Part shown: piece after piece, positions 1-12,702 of the stretch
Position numbering within the stretch: position 1 is the first letter of the stretch
How the letters are laid out: every line of letters begins with the position of its first letter
Assembly (NCBI GenBank): GCA_029953675.1
Contig: JAMWBK010000002.1
Span: 1,054,001-1,118,000 of the forward strand
Direction: 5' to 3'
DNA length: 64,000 bases
DNA from: Rhodosorus marinus CCMP1338
Taxonomy: Eukaryota; Plantae; Rhodophyta
Made by a program: the position numbers and the translations under genes
Notes under the pieces: model-generated
What the model was told of the DNA's origin: nothing
Databases searched by the model: none
Seen by the model: only the letters and a program-made list of their open reading frames with translations

Positions 1-64
1 AACTCTCGGATTCGAGGATACTGGTTCCTGACGGAGAGGTTCTTTTTTGATCGGATTATTGCAG

Positions 65-346
65 GCCGCTGTGAAGGAAGCAAGCGAGAAGTCTGACAAG
101 TTTGGAAAGCAATCCCAGGAGGCTGCCGTTGCATGGTAAGTTTCCAATTGAGCACGAGTTATCTGACCAAGCCGATTCGGTCGATGGTAAGCTGACGTCG
201 GATATATTGCGTGTAATAGGGACGTTGTCGAAGAGCTCAGCGCCGAGCTCTCTCACGAGAAGGCCAATGACCCGAAGGCGGATCCTTTGGACGTGTACTG
301 CGAAGAGTCGCCGGAGGCTGATGAGTGCCGTACTTATGAAGATTAG
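65..346 (+). CDS. CP12: CP12 Calvin-cycle regulatory protein (3' part; exons 65-135 and 220-346; 5' exon(s) lie upstream)
   Basis: Splicing GT(136)-AG(219) gives AAVKEASEKSDKFGKQSQEAAVAWDVVEELSAELSHEKANDPKADPLDVYCEESPEADECRTYED*. This has the AWD_VEEL core and the C-terminal Cys pair of CP12. It is missed by the ORF track because of the intron. Confidence 0.93.
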
Positions 347-375
347 AAGTCGATTAAAGTGATCTGATTCCTTTG

Positions 376-1188
376 TTAACATTGCAAGTCCGCAAACTTG
401 TATCGGACCTCTTCCCATGGAACCAGGAGGTTGAATATGAGTTTGAACGTGTCAACACACTGAGAGCTTTTGTTGAGCTGAGCTGCGTCCGCCCTAACCG
501 TGTCCACCGCAAAATCCTCTCAAGTACTAGACTCCGCTTTCCTTCAGGGCTGCATCGGGTGTTTAAGCACATCAGCGACGGCTTAGATGACGAATTATAA
601 CTGAACCTTCACTGCAGGCCACTACAACCTAGAGTGAGATGGACAGATGGCTTTCGGGGACTTCTTTTGTTCAAAGTTCGCAAGCTACGCGCCCTTCCCC
701 CCGGTGTGTCGTATTTCTTGCATTACTGTTACGCACAAGTATGTATGTTTATTTTTTTTGTCTCTGCGGCAGCAACTGCACAGCTCCGACAAGCATTGGT
801 GCGCTCTGATTCGAATAGAAGCGCGGACTCCAGAAGGTAGCAAGAATCCCTGGCAGCACCAGATGCAAATCAAGAGAGAGGGTTTTGATGGTTGTTCTTG
901 GCATGAAAGGTTTCTTCTTTGTTTGCTTGTTGTCACCGCGGAATATGAAATCTTCACCGAAACCTAGATCCAGTGAATGGATGATGACGACAGATAACGA
1001 GTGCACGTGCATGACGAGTCATTACTGGGCAGCGCGCAGCAAATCCGTCCATACTCGCCATCAACCAAGTGTGCTGGGCCTCCACAGGCAATCCGCAAAA
1101 AGATCAAATTCGTACAAGCGGGGAAAGCAAAGGAGGTGGGAGCATCCACAAAAACTGCTCTGTCTAGATGTTCCACATTATGGCTCAT
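376..1188 (-). CDS. Hypothetical multi-exon protein, weakly LRR-like
   Basis: Protein-like minus-strand segments (HLDRAVFVDAPTSFAFPACTNLIFLRI; IHSLDLGFGEDFIF; IKTLSLDLHLVLPGIL; VDTFKLIFNLLVPWEEVRYKF). Exon structure not resolved. Confidence 0.25.
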
Positions 1189-1938
1189 CGTAACTCCGTC
1201 GACGCGCTGAGAACTGACAGACCTCCTCTCTCAACCAGATCCATCCAAGCGGCCCCTCCCCCACCCACCCCCTCTGTCCCAAATGCAGCTACTTTAGTTC
1301 CAAACTGTCCCAATCCCCGCTACAACGCGTGTCTATCAACAATTGGATGCAATCAGGATAGAGTTCGTTATTTAGAAATAGTTTCTACAAGTACGTCAAC
1401 TCAAATGAATATATATATTCATATTTTTCAGATAACTGGAGCAATTGTCAAAATTTGGGATTAGTTCTGTTTAGATTTTGGATTTAGCTTAAGGAGCTTG
1501 TTGATGTTTTGGGGCAGGTGCATCGAAGTGTTTACCCTAGGGCAAGAGTTTATGATGAGAACGGGACGGAAGAGAGATGCGTTCGACTGGTTCTGAGATT
1601 TCTCGAATAGAGGACCAGGTACCCCACTGTCCTGGGATCAAGTTTGTGCATTTTTGGGCTTGTTTGATCGCTTGACGAAAGGCAGGTTTGGGCTGGTGGT
1701 GGAGGGTCAGACCGCATTCCCTGCTGTATGATGTGGAACGCGTAGGGTTTGTTGGACAGCAAAGGCTGGGAATCTTGAACAATTTCGATGCTAGTGTGGG
1801 TGTGTGTAGTGAGTTAAATCTTTCAAGTGAACTACGATGATGTAGGATCACGGCCGTTGGGGCAGCCTTGCGTGCAAAGCTGTATAGACTTTTCTGAGTG
1901 CCGGGGCAAGGACGAGGTGTTCTTCTCGGTGGCCAGGA

Positions 1939-4900
1939 ATGAACGTCCTCAGAGGCGTACTCGGCGACGAAATATCGCTCCTTCAGTATGAGCTCAGAAG
2001 ACACCCGAGATTTGCTCTTCCATGGAGCCCGGACGCCGCCTTTGGGGCTCCGATTGATCAGTCCCTGGGAAGCGAACATCCGATCATTTGCGATCTTAAA
2101 ACAGCGCGAAAGCTCTGCATGGCGCAGACGCTGACAATGTCAAAAGTAAGACCTTCTCTTCTCCACTCAATGCACACCAGCTCCTTCGCCCATCCCTTTG
2201 TATTCTTTGGATGATGGCAACACTTCGCTCCACCCACAAAGCACCACTGACTGGTTCAAGCCCTGGGCGCTTCGACTTTCCCTGAAACAGGTCTTGGAAC
2301 CATTTCTCACTGTCGTTACCAGTGAGATAGTCAACTCGGCAATTACGAGTACCGCGCTGGCCTGTGTAGAGAGGTTGGTAACAGAATGCGAACTGGCAAT
2401 GAAAGAAGATGACTTTCCGGATTTCAAGTTTGCGGAAGGACTTGATGATGTTGTAGATTCGTGCAAGTCGTGCACCTTTGAAGCGGTTGACAGTGCGAAG
2501 GACGATGCGGCACATATACGACGAGCTAAGGTAGTGAAGAGAACCCCCTGATAAGGCCATACAGCAAACGGCGATTGGACTCACACCAAAGAGATGCTGA
2601 ATTTTCTGTTGCTTCTGTTCACACACTGTGACAGGTTGCTGCGCGATCAGTTTTGGCCGGGTTGCCAGACAACATCTCAGATGCAACAATATTGACGGCG
2701 TTTGAGATTTGTCTTCAGCTGGTGTTCTCAAAGAGAGCTTCAGATGTACTCCGTCGGGAGGCTGAGGAGTGGATGTTGAAGATAGTTCAAGGAGCCTGCG
2801 GGATGGATTTCAACCAGGATGAGTACTGCGATGAAGAAGCAGTATTCTCGTTAGATGCAATTAGAAAATGCTTGAAGGATCAAAGTAAGAGATATCGCTT
2901 GGCTCAACGAGGGTGGATTTGTAGGTTGTGACACGTCGGTAGCTGACTCGCGCGGATTTCTTTTCAATTCCGTAGGGGAATCCAATCAGCAAGCAGCAGA
3001 TTTTAGTTTTGAGCAAACCGGTGTTGAACCATCCTTCTTGAAGCCTCCATCAGTTGTACCCCAACATGCATTCCTTACCCTAGGCGCTCTATTGGTAGGC
3101 TCACAGTGCTCAGATAATGTGCTCTAAGATTTCACTGTTCTAACGTGTGATCTTCATGTCATAAAGTCCGATCCGAGCGTCACTAGAACAGCCCGCGAAC
3201 GTCTCGTTGGGTTGCGGCTGTTGAATGCGGCCGTCAGATCGCTGCCGAAGGATTGTCATCCACTCCCGAGGCAAGTTTTGTTGAGCGACGCGTCCATCGC
3301 AGTTTTGAGATGCCTCGGCTCAGTACCGCCACCACCAGCTGTTGTGCTCTGCTCGGCGATGTCAACCACAGGAAGCATCTGTAGGATGCTTGGGGACTCC
3401 GCCGCTGCTTTCTTATTTATTCTGTTGAGAACTGTTTTCTCGGGGTTCACGCAGATGAAGTCTCATGCCGTTCTGAGAGAGCTGTACTTGGAGTCTATTG
3501 GAACATTCATAGCCGCACCGGGGCTCCTCGCTTCTGTGTTCGCCGCAATCGATTGTAAGCGTCCGCACCTGTTCATGGAGTTGCGCGTCTGGTTCGACGT
3601 TCTAATTCATGTCCACACTCGCTGAAGGTGAACCCCAGCTTCCTGTTGTGGCGGAGGGATTCTTGAACCTTCTTGAGTCCACTGTACGGTCGGAGTTTCC
3701 GCTGGTAGTTAAGCGCTCGTCGTCGTCGTCCGAGCTTTCGTCCGTGATGGACGTCATTGCGAGCACAGACTTGCAGGACATCGTCCACATGGAAATGCAA
3801 CCTCTGGCATCAGACCCGGATGAATCAAATGCTGCAGAGGAGCAGGTCGTTAGTCGCGCCGTGTCTGTGATAACTGCAAAGATTATGCTCGACGTGGTCG
3901 AGTCGATATGCATTCGGCACAAGGTGGGATGATTAGACCCACGGGGATTCCTCAAGTGCGATTAAACTCCTAACGTGCCCGCTTCGATGAGATTGCAGGC
4001 ATTTTCTCAAGGACGAGGCCAAAAGGTTGAGAGCTCGGTCTCTACAGTCAAGGAGGTTACAGCGAAGCGACGCGCCCAGAGAGCAGAGAAGAAAAAACTT
4101 CGTGCCGTCGCTGAAGTGTTCAACGCGGAGATGGGCAAGGGAACGGGGGAGAAGGTGCTGAAGCTTGTCATGGAGTCTCCTATCGTACCCTCGAATACGT
4201 CGGGAACGACGGTATCTGTGGAGGAGCGCGACTGTATCACCGTTGCACAATTCTTGAGGATGACACCTGATCTCGACAAATCTCACATTGGTGTCGTTCT
4301 TGGTGAGCGGCTTTTCTCGAGAAACAGAAACTAATGGCCACATTGTTGATTTATCGTTGTTCGTGTTGAACAGGTGAACCGGACGAATTTTCTACGTGTG
4401 TTTTAGCCAAGTACACGGAAACCTTTTCCTTTGCCAACGTAAGCTTTACGGACGCTATTCGGATATACTTGGAATCGTTTCGTCTTCCTGGGGAAGCGCA
4501 AAAGATTTCTAGGATCATGTCCAGTTTTGCTGATCGCTACTACAAACAAAACGAACCTTTCGGAGGTACGCTGAATTCGTGCCGGGGTGGTGGCTCCAGA
4601 CAGGAATGCACGGGCATAGTTTTGATTGGATGTCTTCCCTGGTGATATGAACAGGACCCCTGTCTTCTGCGGATGCAACCTACGTACTTTCTTATGCCGT
4701 TGTAATGTTAAACACTGATCGGCATAACGACTCCGTAAGTTGCAGCTATGGCAGGAAGTACAGGAATTGTAGTTTACTGAATGTTCCATGCTGTTGCTTT
4801 CTTTCTTCGCGTTCTTCGCTTAGGTGAAGAAGAAGATGACAGTTGACGATTTCGTGAGAAACAACAGGGGGATCAACGACGGGAAGGATCTGGACAGGGG

Positions 4901-7893
4901 CTTCCTTGAGGGCATCTACAGCTCTATCTCTGAAGAAGAGATAAAAATGAGCGATGAGGCGGGAATGGACGCGCTGACAAGAGCGCACTGGCATTCGCTC
5001 CTTCTGGAATTCGGTGTCATAGACGACCCTCACAGGAGCTTTTCAGACCACAAAACTATAGTGCTTCCCAAGGATACAGATCTTCATGATGAAGACGTTT
5101 TTCGAATCATTTGCAACGGGTCCATTCATGCGGCTTTCGCGCTTTTGGACGAAGCAGAGGTAGGGCAAGAATTTCTTTGGCTGTTATTTGTCCCTTCTCG
5201 TTGGTTGACAAATCGGGTGTCTCTGCAACCAAATTTTTCGTAGGACACCACAGAAGCGCAGAGTGCGTTGGAAGGATTTACTCTGATTGCGAAGTGTGCC
5301 GCGTCCTATCGCATCCCGAACGCAATTGATTTGGTCATAATCATGCTCGCTTCAGCGTCCAAACTACGCAATACATCCCTGAAAGGTATGGCACTTTCTC
5401 AAGGATTTTCGCAAGTCATGTAGTCTTTTCTGAAGCTGTTGTGCTCTCGAGAAAGGGTCCGTTAGGGAGTTCGGCGCGAGGATTAAAGCTCAGATGTCGG
5501 CAGTGTCCCTCTTCGCTGTTGCGAGGCAATCTGCAGACTGGATGCGGAGCGGAGGTTGGCAGGCATTTATTGATTGTGTCCTTTCTTTACATGCCCTCGA
5601 TCTACTACCAGCCCAACTGGAAAGCGATCTTTGCACATATGGAGATGACATTGTAGACTCAGAAGGTAACCCACCTCCTCCATCGAAAAACATCCCATCT
5701 TGGTGGCCTGCGAGGCGGTTGAATTCAAGGAACTCTAGCAATGGTAAGCATCAGGACAATTTGGAAAGCACTTCATTTCCTCTTCATAGTTGGTAGTGCC
5801 GCCCTGACTCGAACACTTCTGCCAATTCTACGGAAACAGAAGAGGAGACGGCCAGGACTGGCAAAGCTGGCAATGGTATATGGAGCATATTCGGTGGGGG
5901 GGGGAGTAATACCGACACAGAGAGTGAATCAGAGGATATTGATCCACCCGAGCACCTGTTGCTGAAAAGTCCTGAAGAGGTAGGCAAGGCTGGTCACCTC
6001 CCCATATTCCGATGATGTTTGTATGGGAAGGCTGGTCATCTAATCCATACTTCTTCTCATGCACAGTTGAAAGCAAGGGAGCTGGCGAGGAATTGCATTT
6101 TGGCTCTCGTTGTTGAGGAGCTTATTATTAACGAAACGAGGTTCATCCGCTCCGATTCTCTAGCATGCTTGTGTTCTGCGATATCGGATTCCGCACCTAT
6201 TGCATGCGGTAGAAAGCGGTCATCGGGAGCGAGTGGATCCGAGAAGTGCTACAAGGAGAATAGCAACGGATTGAACCTGGACGCAGCGACCGGGACGTCC
6301 GTTGCGGCGTTTTGCATAGACTGGTTGTGCTTGGTGACTCTCAAGAACAGGGATAGACTGGGTTTAACTTGGCCGCACCTGTTCCGTTTGTTGATGAATT
6401 GCATTCACGGGCGTAATGAATCCGGCCCATTGGTGGTAATGATCAGTGCTCCTTGAGCTTTCTCTCTTATGTGAACACGAGGTAATCTCAGCGTCTCAAA
6501 GGCATCGTGTATTTCTTGGTTATGCCTCTTCTTGGAAAATCCGTTTAGGAACGAGCACTCGCAGCAGTTTTCAGGATCTGTTTGAGATTTTTGCACCGGG
6601 ATGAGATTCGAACTGAAGCCCTGACATTAGTGGAGACCATCTCCAAAGTGGACGTGTCTATTCTGAGGAAAGTTGCAGACTGGCTTTCCATTGCTCTTTA
6701 CCAACTGGTCAAGGTCCAGGCGGTGCATCTCTCGTCGCGTGCTAATCGGGAGGCTGTATTCTTGATTTTGGAGAAGACTTCAAGGTAGTCCAGTCTCCAA
6801 AACGTGCACGGTCGCTTACCTCACGATGGAAAAAAATCGCTAACTGCTGCGTCCCTCTCTGACCGCCCAGCCTTGATAAGCGGACGTCTTCCGTGAGTTT
6901 GGAAACGCTGGACTTGATTACAAGAGAGAATCTGAATTGGTTCACAGACGATGAAGACCTATTTCAGCGGTTGTGCAGGTCGTTGGGGACTGTCTTACGG
7001 TCTAGATTCCATACCCACTCGTCTCTAGTGGATGAGATCCTTTTACGGCTACGGTCACACGCAGAGAGCGAAACGGGGCGAGGAGCCACGCCTAAGCAGG
7101 AACTTTACAAGCACTACTGGAAGCCATGGATCAAGGTGGGAGATGCTGAACAATGCGAACAGCAAGGTTTAGCAACACGTTGGAAGGGCTGATTTCAAGG
7201 CGTTTTCGTGTAAACTGAATATCTATCGTTCCCATGTGTCCAGCTTTGCACGAACTTGGTGATAGCACGAAGAGGGGAGATTCAGGAGCAGACGATGGTG
7301 ATGCTGGAGAGGACTCTGTCTTCGGAGTCTTGCGAGAAGGCATTGCGATCTACGGACTGGAAGGACCTGTTTAGTACTATACTCGTTCCGTTCATGAAGT
7401 CTGAGATGGACAGTGATGACCAGGAGGAGATTCTGTATTTTGGGAGAATCAAACTTCGCGGGGTGATGGTACTTTCCAGGACATTCCTACTGCAGTACAC
7501 AAGAATCTATGATAGGTGGGGCATACTGTCCTCCATCTCACGTATCTACTTTTCAGTGCAAAGTTTTGGAACAGTGTTGCTCGATCCGTGCTTTTCGAGC
7601 CCTTTGGCTGAAGGCATTTCTTGCCTTTGTGTCACAGTGTGAATCGTGAGGATTTCCTCGAGATGTGGAAGGCGATACTCGGCGCCATGGAGTACGTCTC
7701 ATCTACCAACGTGAAGGATGCCAATGATTATATTCCGGAGTCGGTGAAGAATATGGTTCTTGTGCTCGCGGCGAGCAAGATTTTGATCCCACAGAACAAT
7801 CGTCTGTGGAATGAAACACAGAGCTCGGTGAGCACATGGTTTCCGGATGTAGGTGAACTGATAAGCTCTGTGGAAGCTTCTTCTGCTCGATGA
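1939..7893 (+). CDS. GBF1: Large ARF guanine-nucleotide exchange factor, GBF1/GNOM family (Sec7 domain), many introns
   Basis: DCB-like LEPFLTVVTSEIVNSAITSTALACV. Sec7 motifs FLRMTPDLDKSHIGVVLG/EPDEF, LESFRLPGEAQKISRIM, YVLSYAVVMLNTDRHN and MTVDDFVRNNRGINDGKDL. C-terminal IPESVKNMVLVL. End approximate. Confidence 0.92.
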
Positions 7894-8498
7894 TGGACAT
7901 TGAGGTACTGCTTTCTTGGACCAAGCCTCTTTAGTCGAGCATTGCACGGGGTATACGAAACAATTACTCCGTTAGGGTATCCCTTATGCGCAGGACTCGA
8001 AACCTTGTGACGCAATATGCAGCGGTTGGTACGGCCGTGTGGTTCCATTTTCTATTTGTAAAGTCTCAGAAAGTGGGCGCATGCGCGTACCGTTATGAAT
8101 GGGGTCCATAAGACAACCCCATACTTGTCATACGTTTGAGGGATCTGGTACCGCTCCTGATCCAAGCTCCCAGCAGAACAAAGCTGATCCATCCTCCACT
8201 AAGGGCACGTTGAAGGATCACGCTCTTAAAAGCAGTCCACATGGGAAATCTGACCAGAACAAAGACGTGGATGAGGTTTTTGATGGGGAAAGGATACCAC
8301 AAGTAGAAATACCCCAGTGCTTACAATGACCCTGACGTGTGAGCCCAGTCTTTCCTAGCATGGGGCAGGGAGCATAGACTAGTCGAATCATTTCGAACCA
8401 CCGAGGCAGATGATACATCTCACTCCTGCATCCTTGTTGGATATCTTGCCGTAGTTCCTAGTCCCCTGCCTTCTGAACCCCAGCTGGCGAGAGGATCC

Positions 8499-8807
8499 TC
8501 AATATGGTGCAATGACCGAGCACAACAGTGTCCGATCATTTCTTCTCAGTTTCAAGAGCTCTCCGTGTGTGTGCATTCCGTCGCAAACCAAACACTCCGC
8601 TATGTCGCTTTCCAGAGCCCCAACCCTTAATAGCCTTGCGCGAGCCAATACAGATTCGCTTGTTGTGATTGTCTGTACGAAGTCCTCATCAGAAGACTCT
8701 GAGCACTTCAGATGATCATACGCACGGTGAAGACCTTTGTCATGAGGGTTAATATAATTCGTCAAGGATCGTCGTCATCATCGCGAAGAGAAGGTCTTGG
8801 GTGTCCA
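8499..8807 (-). CDS. Hypothetical protein, divergent from ISY1
   Basis: Protein-like ORF segments (MDTQDLLFAMMTTILDE; NPHDKGLHRAYDHLKCSESSDEDFVQTITTSESVLARARLL). Boundaries uncertain. Confidence 0.3.
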
Positions 8808-8978
8808 TAGTGCCTGCATCGTCAGGTTGAAACTTTTGAGCTTTGTCAGGTTGAAACTTTTGAGTACTTCGAGGAGGTTGGATGAGAACGTCGGTGTTGG
8901 GACGGTAAAAGTGGAGGAAGGGGAGGGTTTTAGCGTCCAAGGAGAGAGAGAGCGGGATTTTGGTGGGGTAACGGGATC

Positions 8979-10361
8979 ATGGCGAGGAATGAGGAGAAAG
9001 CTCAGTCGATGCTTAATCGATACCTGAAGCAGAAGGATGCTGCTGATGGGAACGTTTTGGTATGGACGATTCGTTGGGAATTTTTATTTTTGCTTTTTTT
9101 TTGCTTCGGATGAAGTGAAGGATTCTTGACTCTTGCCGGGTCTGTCTTTGCTGAATGCACCGTTTTCTTTTCGTTTGTGGTCGTGCATTTGTGTAGGAGC
9201 GACGACCGTACCTGGCTACTCTTTGTGATGACGTGGATGAAGCACAGAAATGGCGGCGTGATATCCTCAAAGATATTGGAAGAAAGGTCATGGACATTCA
9301 GAATGGTATGGAAGAGAGGCCACGGAAACGTCTTGGGCGTATTTCCAGGAAGAGCTATTAATCTATTTGCTTCATCTACCTGTGCGCGTTTCTGAGTCGC
9401 TACCATTTACTTCTTCGCTACTTCTTCGTAGATGGCCTTGGCGAAGGACGGATCCGGGAACTGAACGACGGGATCAACAAACTTTTCAGAGAAAAAAGGC
9501 ATTGGGAGAGGAGAATTAAGGATCTAGGAGGTCCTGATTTCGCGAGAAACGCAGCACCGGTTACGGATTCCGATGGGACAGTAGTAGCTGGATCAAAAGG
9601 GTTAGACAACGCGCAAAATTGACATTCTATGCACATGCTCTCCTTAGCGCTGCAGCTTCCTCCAGAGCCTGTCTTGACCTTCAACCGCTGGACTGCTCTT
9701 CCCACCGTTCAACAGTCTTTTCCGTTCCTTCCTCGTGTTCTCGCATCTCCTCTGGCTTATGTAGCATTGGATCTGTGATCGGTTGAGGTTGTACTTCTTT
9801 GCTAAGCAGTAAAAGCTGTAATTTTGGTGTTCTTAGGTACTATTACTTTGGAGCCGCGAGGAAACTACCGGGCGTGAAGGAACTACTTGAACAACAAGCT
9901 CAATACGAAGAAGAGAAGAAGAAAGTGACGAGTTCAGAGCTTTATAGGAGAGTTGACGCTGACTACTATGGTTTCAGGGACGAGGATGATGGCATTTTGG
10001 TAAGAATTCTCTTCAAAGAAAGAACTTTGGAGATCAAGCTTCCCCCTCTCCATTATCAATTTGCTTCTCTAGGAAGGATGCTGTAACGGAAACGATTCAT
10101 AAATTTGCCCTTCAGGTTGGACTTGAGAAGGAGGCCGAGAAACGAGCGAGGCTTGAACTGGTAAAGGACTTCGAGCAAAAACATCCAGGAGTGAAACCTG
10201 AGATGGACCACGACAACGACATTGGTGGCGTAGAAAAGGCAGCTGGAGGAGGATTCCAGAGTTATGTAAGATTACCAGAGGCAAGTGACCTTGAAGGCGT
10301 CCTGCTGGAAAGAAAGAAGCGGGAGGCGCTGGACAGACTAGAAGCGTCGATTCAAAGCTGA
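8979..10361 (+). CDS. ISY1: Pre-mRNA splicing factor ISY1
   Basis: Starts MARNEEKAQSMLNRY. Contains GLGEGRIRELNDGINKLFREKRHWERRIKDLGGPD, YYYFGAARKLPGVKEL and VDADYYGFRDEDDG. Confidence 0.95.
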
Positions 10362-11100
10362 AGAGATTGCGCTGAGCCGGGCTCGTCCGGGAGCCGCTAG
10401 AACATATCAGTGTAATGTAAATATTGACCCCTGTGAATAGACGAAAGCTGTTATTCGGATTCTCAACGTCATCCTCTATTCGGCTGTTCATGACAATATG
10501 CCATGTACGGGGCACCGGGGGTTCACTCCATTGTATCACAAAGCACACCAGTGTTAAAATCTGAACAGCTTCTCACATACCAGATTGGAGGCCGTCAAAG
10601 AGGAAGAACAGCAGGGGGGGAGGCGGTCAGGTTTTCTATCCCCGCCGGCCCACCGAGCAAATGGTTATACACTTCATTCATGGATTCAAACCGGCCAATG
10701 CGGGAACGGTTGTCTTCGATTTCCAACGTCTCTAGTCATCGACAAACCAGCCGTGGATATTCAAGAGAAGCTTCCTGATTCTAATGCAATCCTCCAGCAG
10801 ATGCCAGACCGGACCAATTGACCTACATCCGAGGTAAACATCAGTCAATATCAGTCAATTTCAGGACCCCTAAGTCATTAGGAGCAGACTACTTTACCTG
10901 TCAAGACCGTCCGACCCCAAACGCACCTCACATACCACGTCAGAAATCGAGTCTTGAAGCGCATACCTCTGTCAACAGCTATTACTTTTTTTTCACAACA
11001 ATTTTCAAGCGATAGGATAGTTATACCTTCCCATCCTTACTATGGCAAATGTTTTGCTCCCTCTCTCCTCCCCCCCCCCACCTCCCACCCGATTTTCGAT

Positions 11101-11231
11101 TGTGACACTTTGACTTGATTTTTGTTTTGCAAGACAATATTTCGGGTGAACCAGAGCAAAGTGCGGGAAAGTGATGGGGGTGTGTGTGTGTGTGTAACAC
11201 TTTGCCTTAATTTTTGTTTTGCAAGACAATA
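11101..11231. repeat. ~39-bp imperfect direct repeat (11101-11139 and 11193-11231) flanking a (GT)n tract
   Basis: tgtgacactttgacttgatttttgttttgcaagacaata versus tgtaacactttgccttaatttttgttttgcaagacaata. Confidence 0.85.
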
Positions 11232-12702
11232 GGTGCGGGGGGGTGTGCGAGAAGAGTGGGGCGAAACACTTCATATTGGCGGAAACCAGTCTTTAATGAA
11301 GGACCTAAGGAGGAGGCTATGGGACATTTAGATAAAAGGTATCGGATCGTTCAGAACAAGCTGAGCAGTGCGCAAGGGCTTCTCCACATATCTGCTCTTC
11401 GTCTGGAGGGAAAAGTGCTTACGTCCTCGTTAGTTTCTATGTCGGTCAGATTAGGAAGTCGTCAACTTTGTTATCATCCCCCCATATGCTTCTTGCTCGT
11501 CCACGAAGAAAGTCAGTCAGTTTAGGAGGTTGTCACGTTGGTCTTGAAATCTTCTTCCAAACTTTTTGTACTTGTAGGAGTAAACTCTAGTTTTTGTCCA
11601 TAACACCTAAAATTACGCCCGGTAACGGCGTTTACTCTCCCCTAAAATCATCTAAGAAAGGTAAATACCATTTAGCTTCCTGCCCTTGAATTGCGAACTT
11701 CAGACCACCCGTACTCAAGATAAACATCAAAATTTCTCAGAATAGTAAAAATTATCTCAAATATATTTTATTCAGAAGATAATACATCACGTTTTCATAA
11801 ATTTAGACCTACTATTATCATTTATTAACCACTAGTCTGTTTTTAGCCGCATTTTATCTAGAGTAGTATCTTCATCATAGATTTAGATCTATGAAATCTT
11901 CGCTCTTTTTCTTTTCTTCCTGTTGCCCTCCAGATGTTTGAAGCGGAATCATACGTCGGAATCGCTACATGCTTTTGATGTAAGAAACCCTTCCTACTAC
12001 AACCGTTTGCTGGGACGAGGAAAAGGGGGGGCTAGATTGCTATCGACGATAAAAATAGTGAAAAATAGGACCCTGAGGAAGAGGGGATGTGAAGTCATTT
12101 GGCTGATGTTCCTTTTGGGAGGGGAAAAGAGCTCTTTGGGAATGGTTTTCGGGGAGGTTTAGAGATGAGTGAGAGGGAGTTGTTAAAGGTATAGAGCACT
12201 TACTCTGGAATCTGTTTGGGTGTTTTGAAGGATAAGAAACTTTTGCTGTGTTTCGAGGAGTATAAAAAGGTTGGTTTTCGTGTTTTTCTTAGGGGCCGGG
12301 GTTGTGGGGGTGGAGTTTTGAAGGAGACTGGATTGTCTCTGCTTGGATGGGTTTCGAGGAAGGGGGTTTGGGGTTAGCTTAGGGAGCTGGTAGGCGTTGT
12401 CGTCCGCGCTGTGCTTTTTTGGGGGGGGTTGGTCTGTTCTGAGGGTCAGGTAGAATTTTTTCGAGTGCTTGAAAGAGGCCATTATGCTGAGTTGAGTTCC
12501 GCGATTGGTTTCGGATGAGGAGCTGCAATGGAAGGATCTGGTCAGTTTGGGCAGGAAGTGAGATAGATGCTTTGGGGCTTTGGTCAAGTGAAACAAGCCA
12601 AGAGAACTTTTTTCTAGTTGTCTTGAAGCAGGAACATTGGGTACGTTCTGCTGTTGGACATTTTCCCTATTAATTGAGCAGCCAAGTGTATGTTAGTGAG
12701 CG

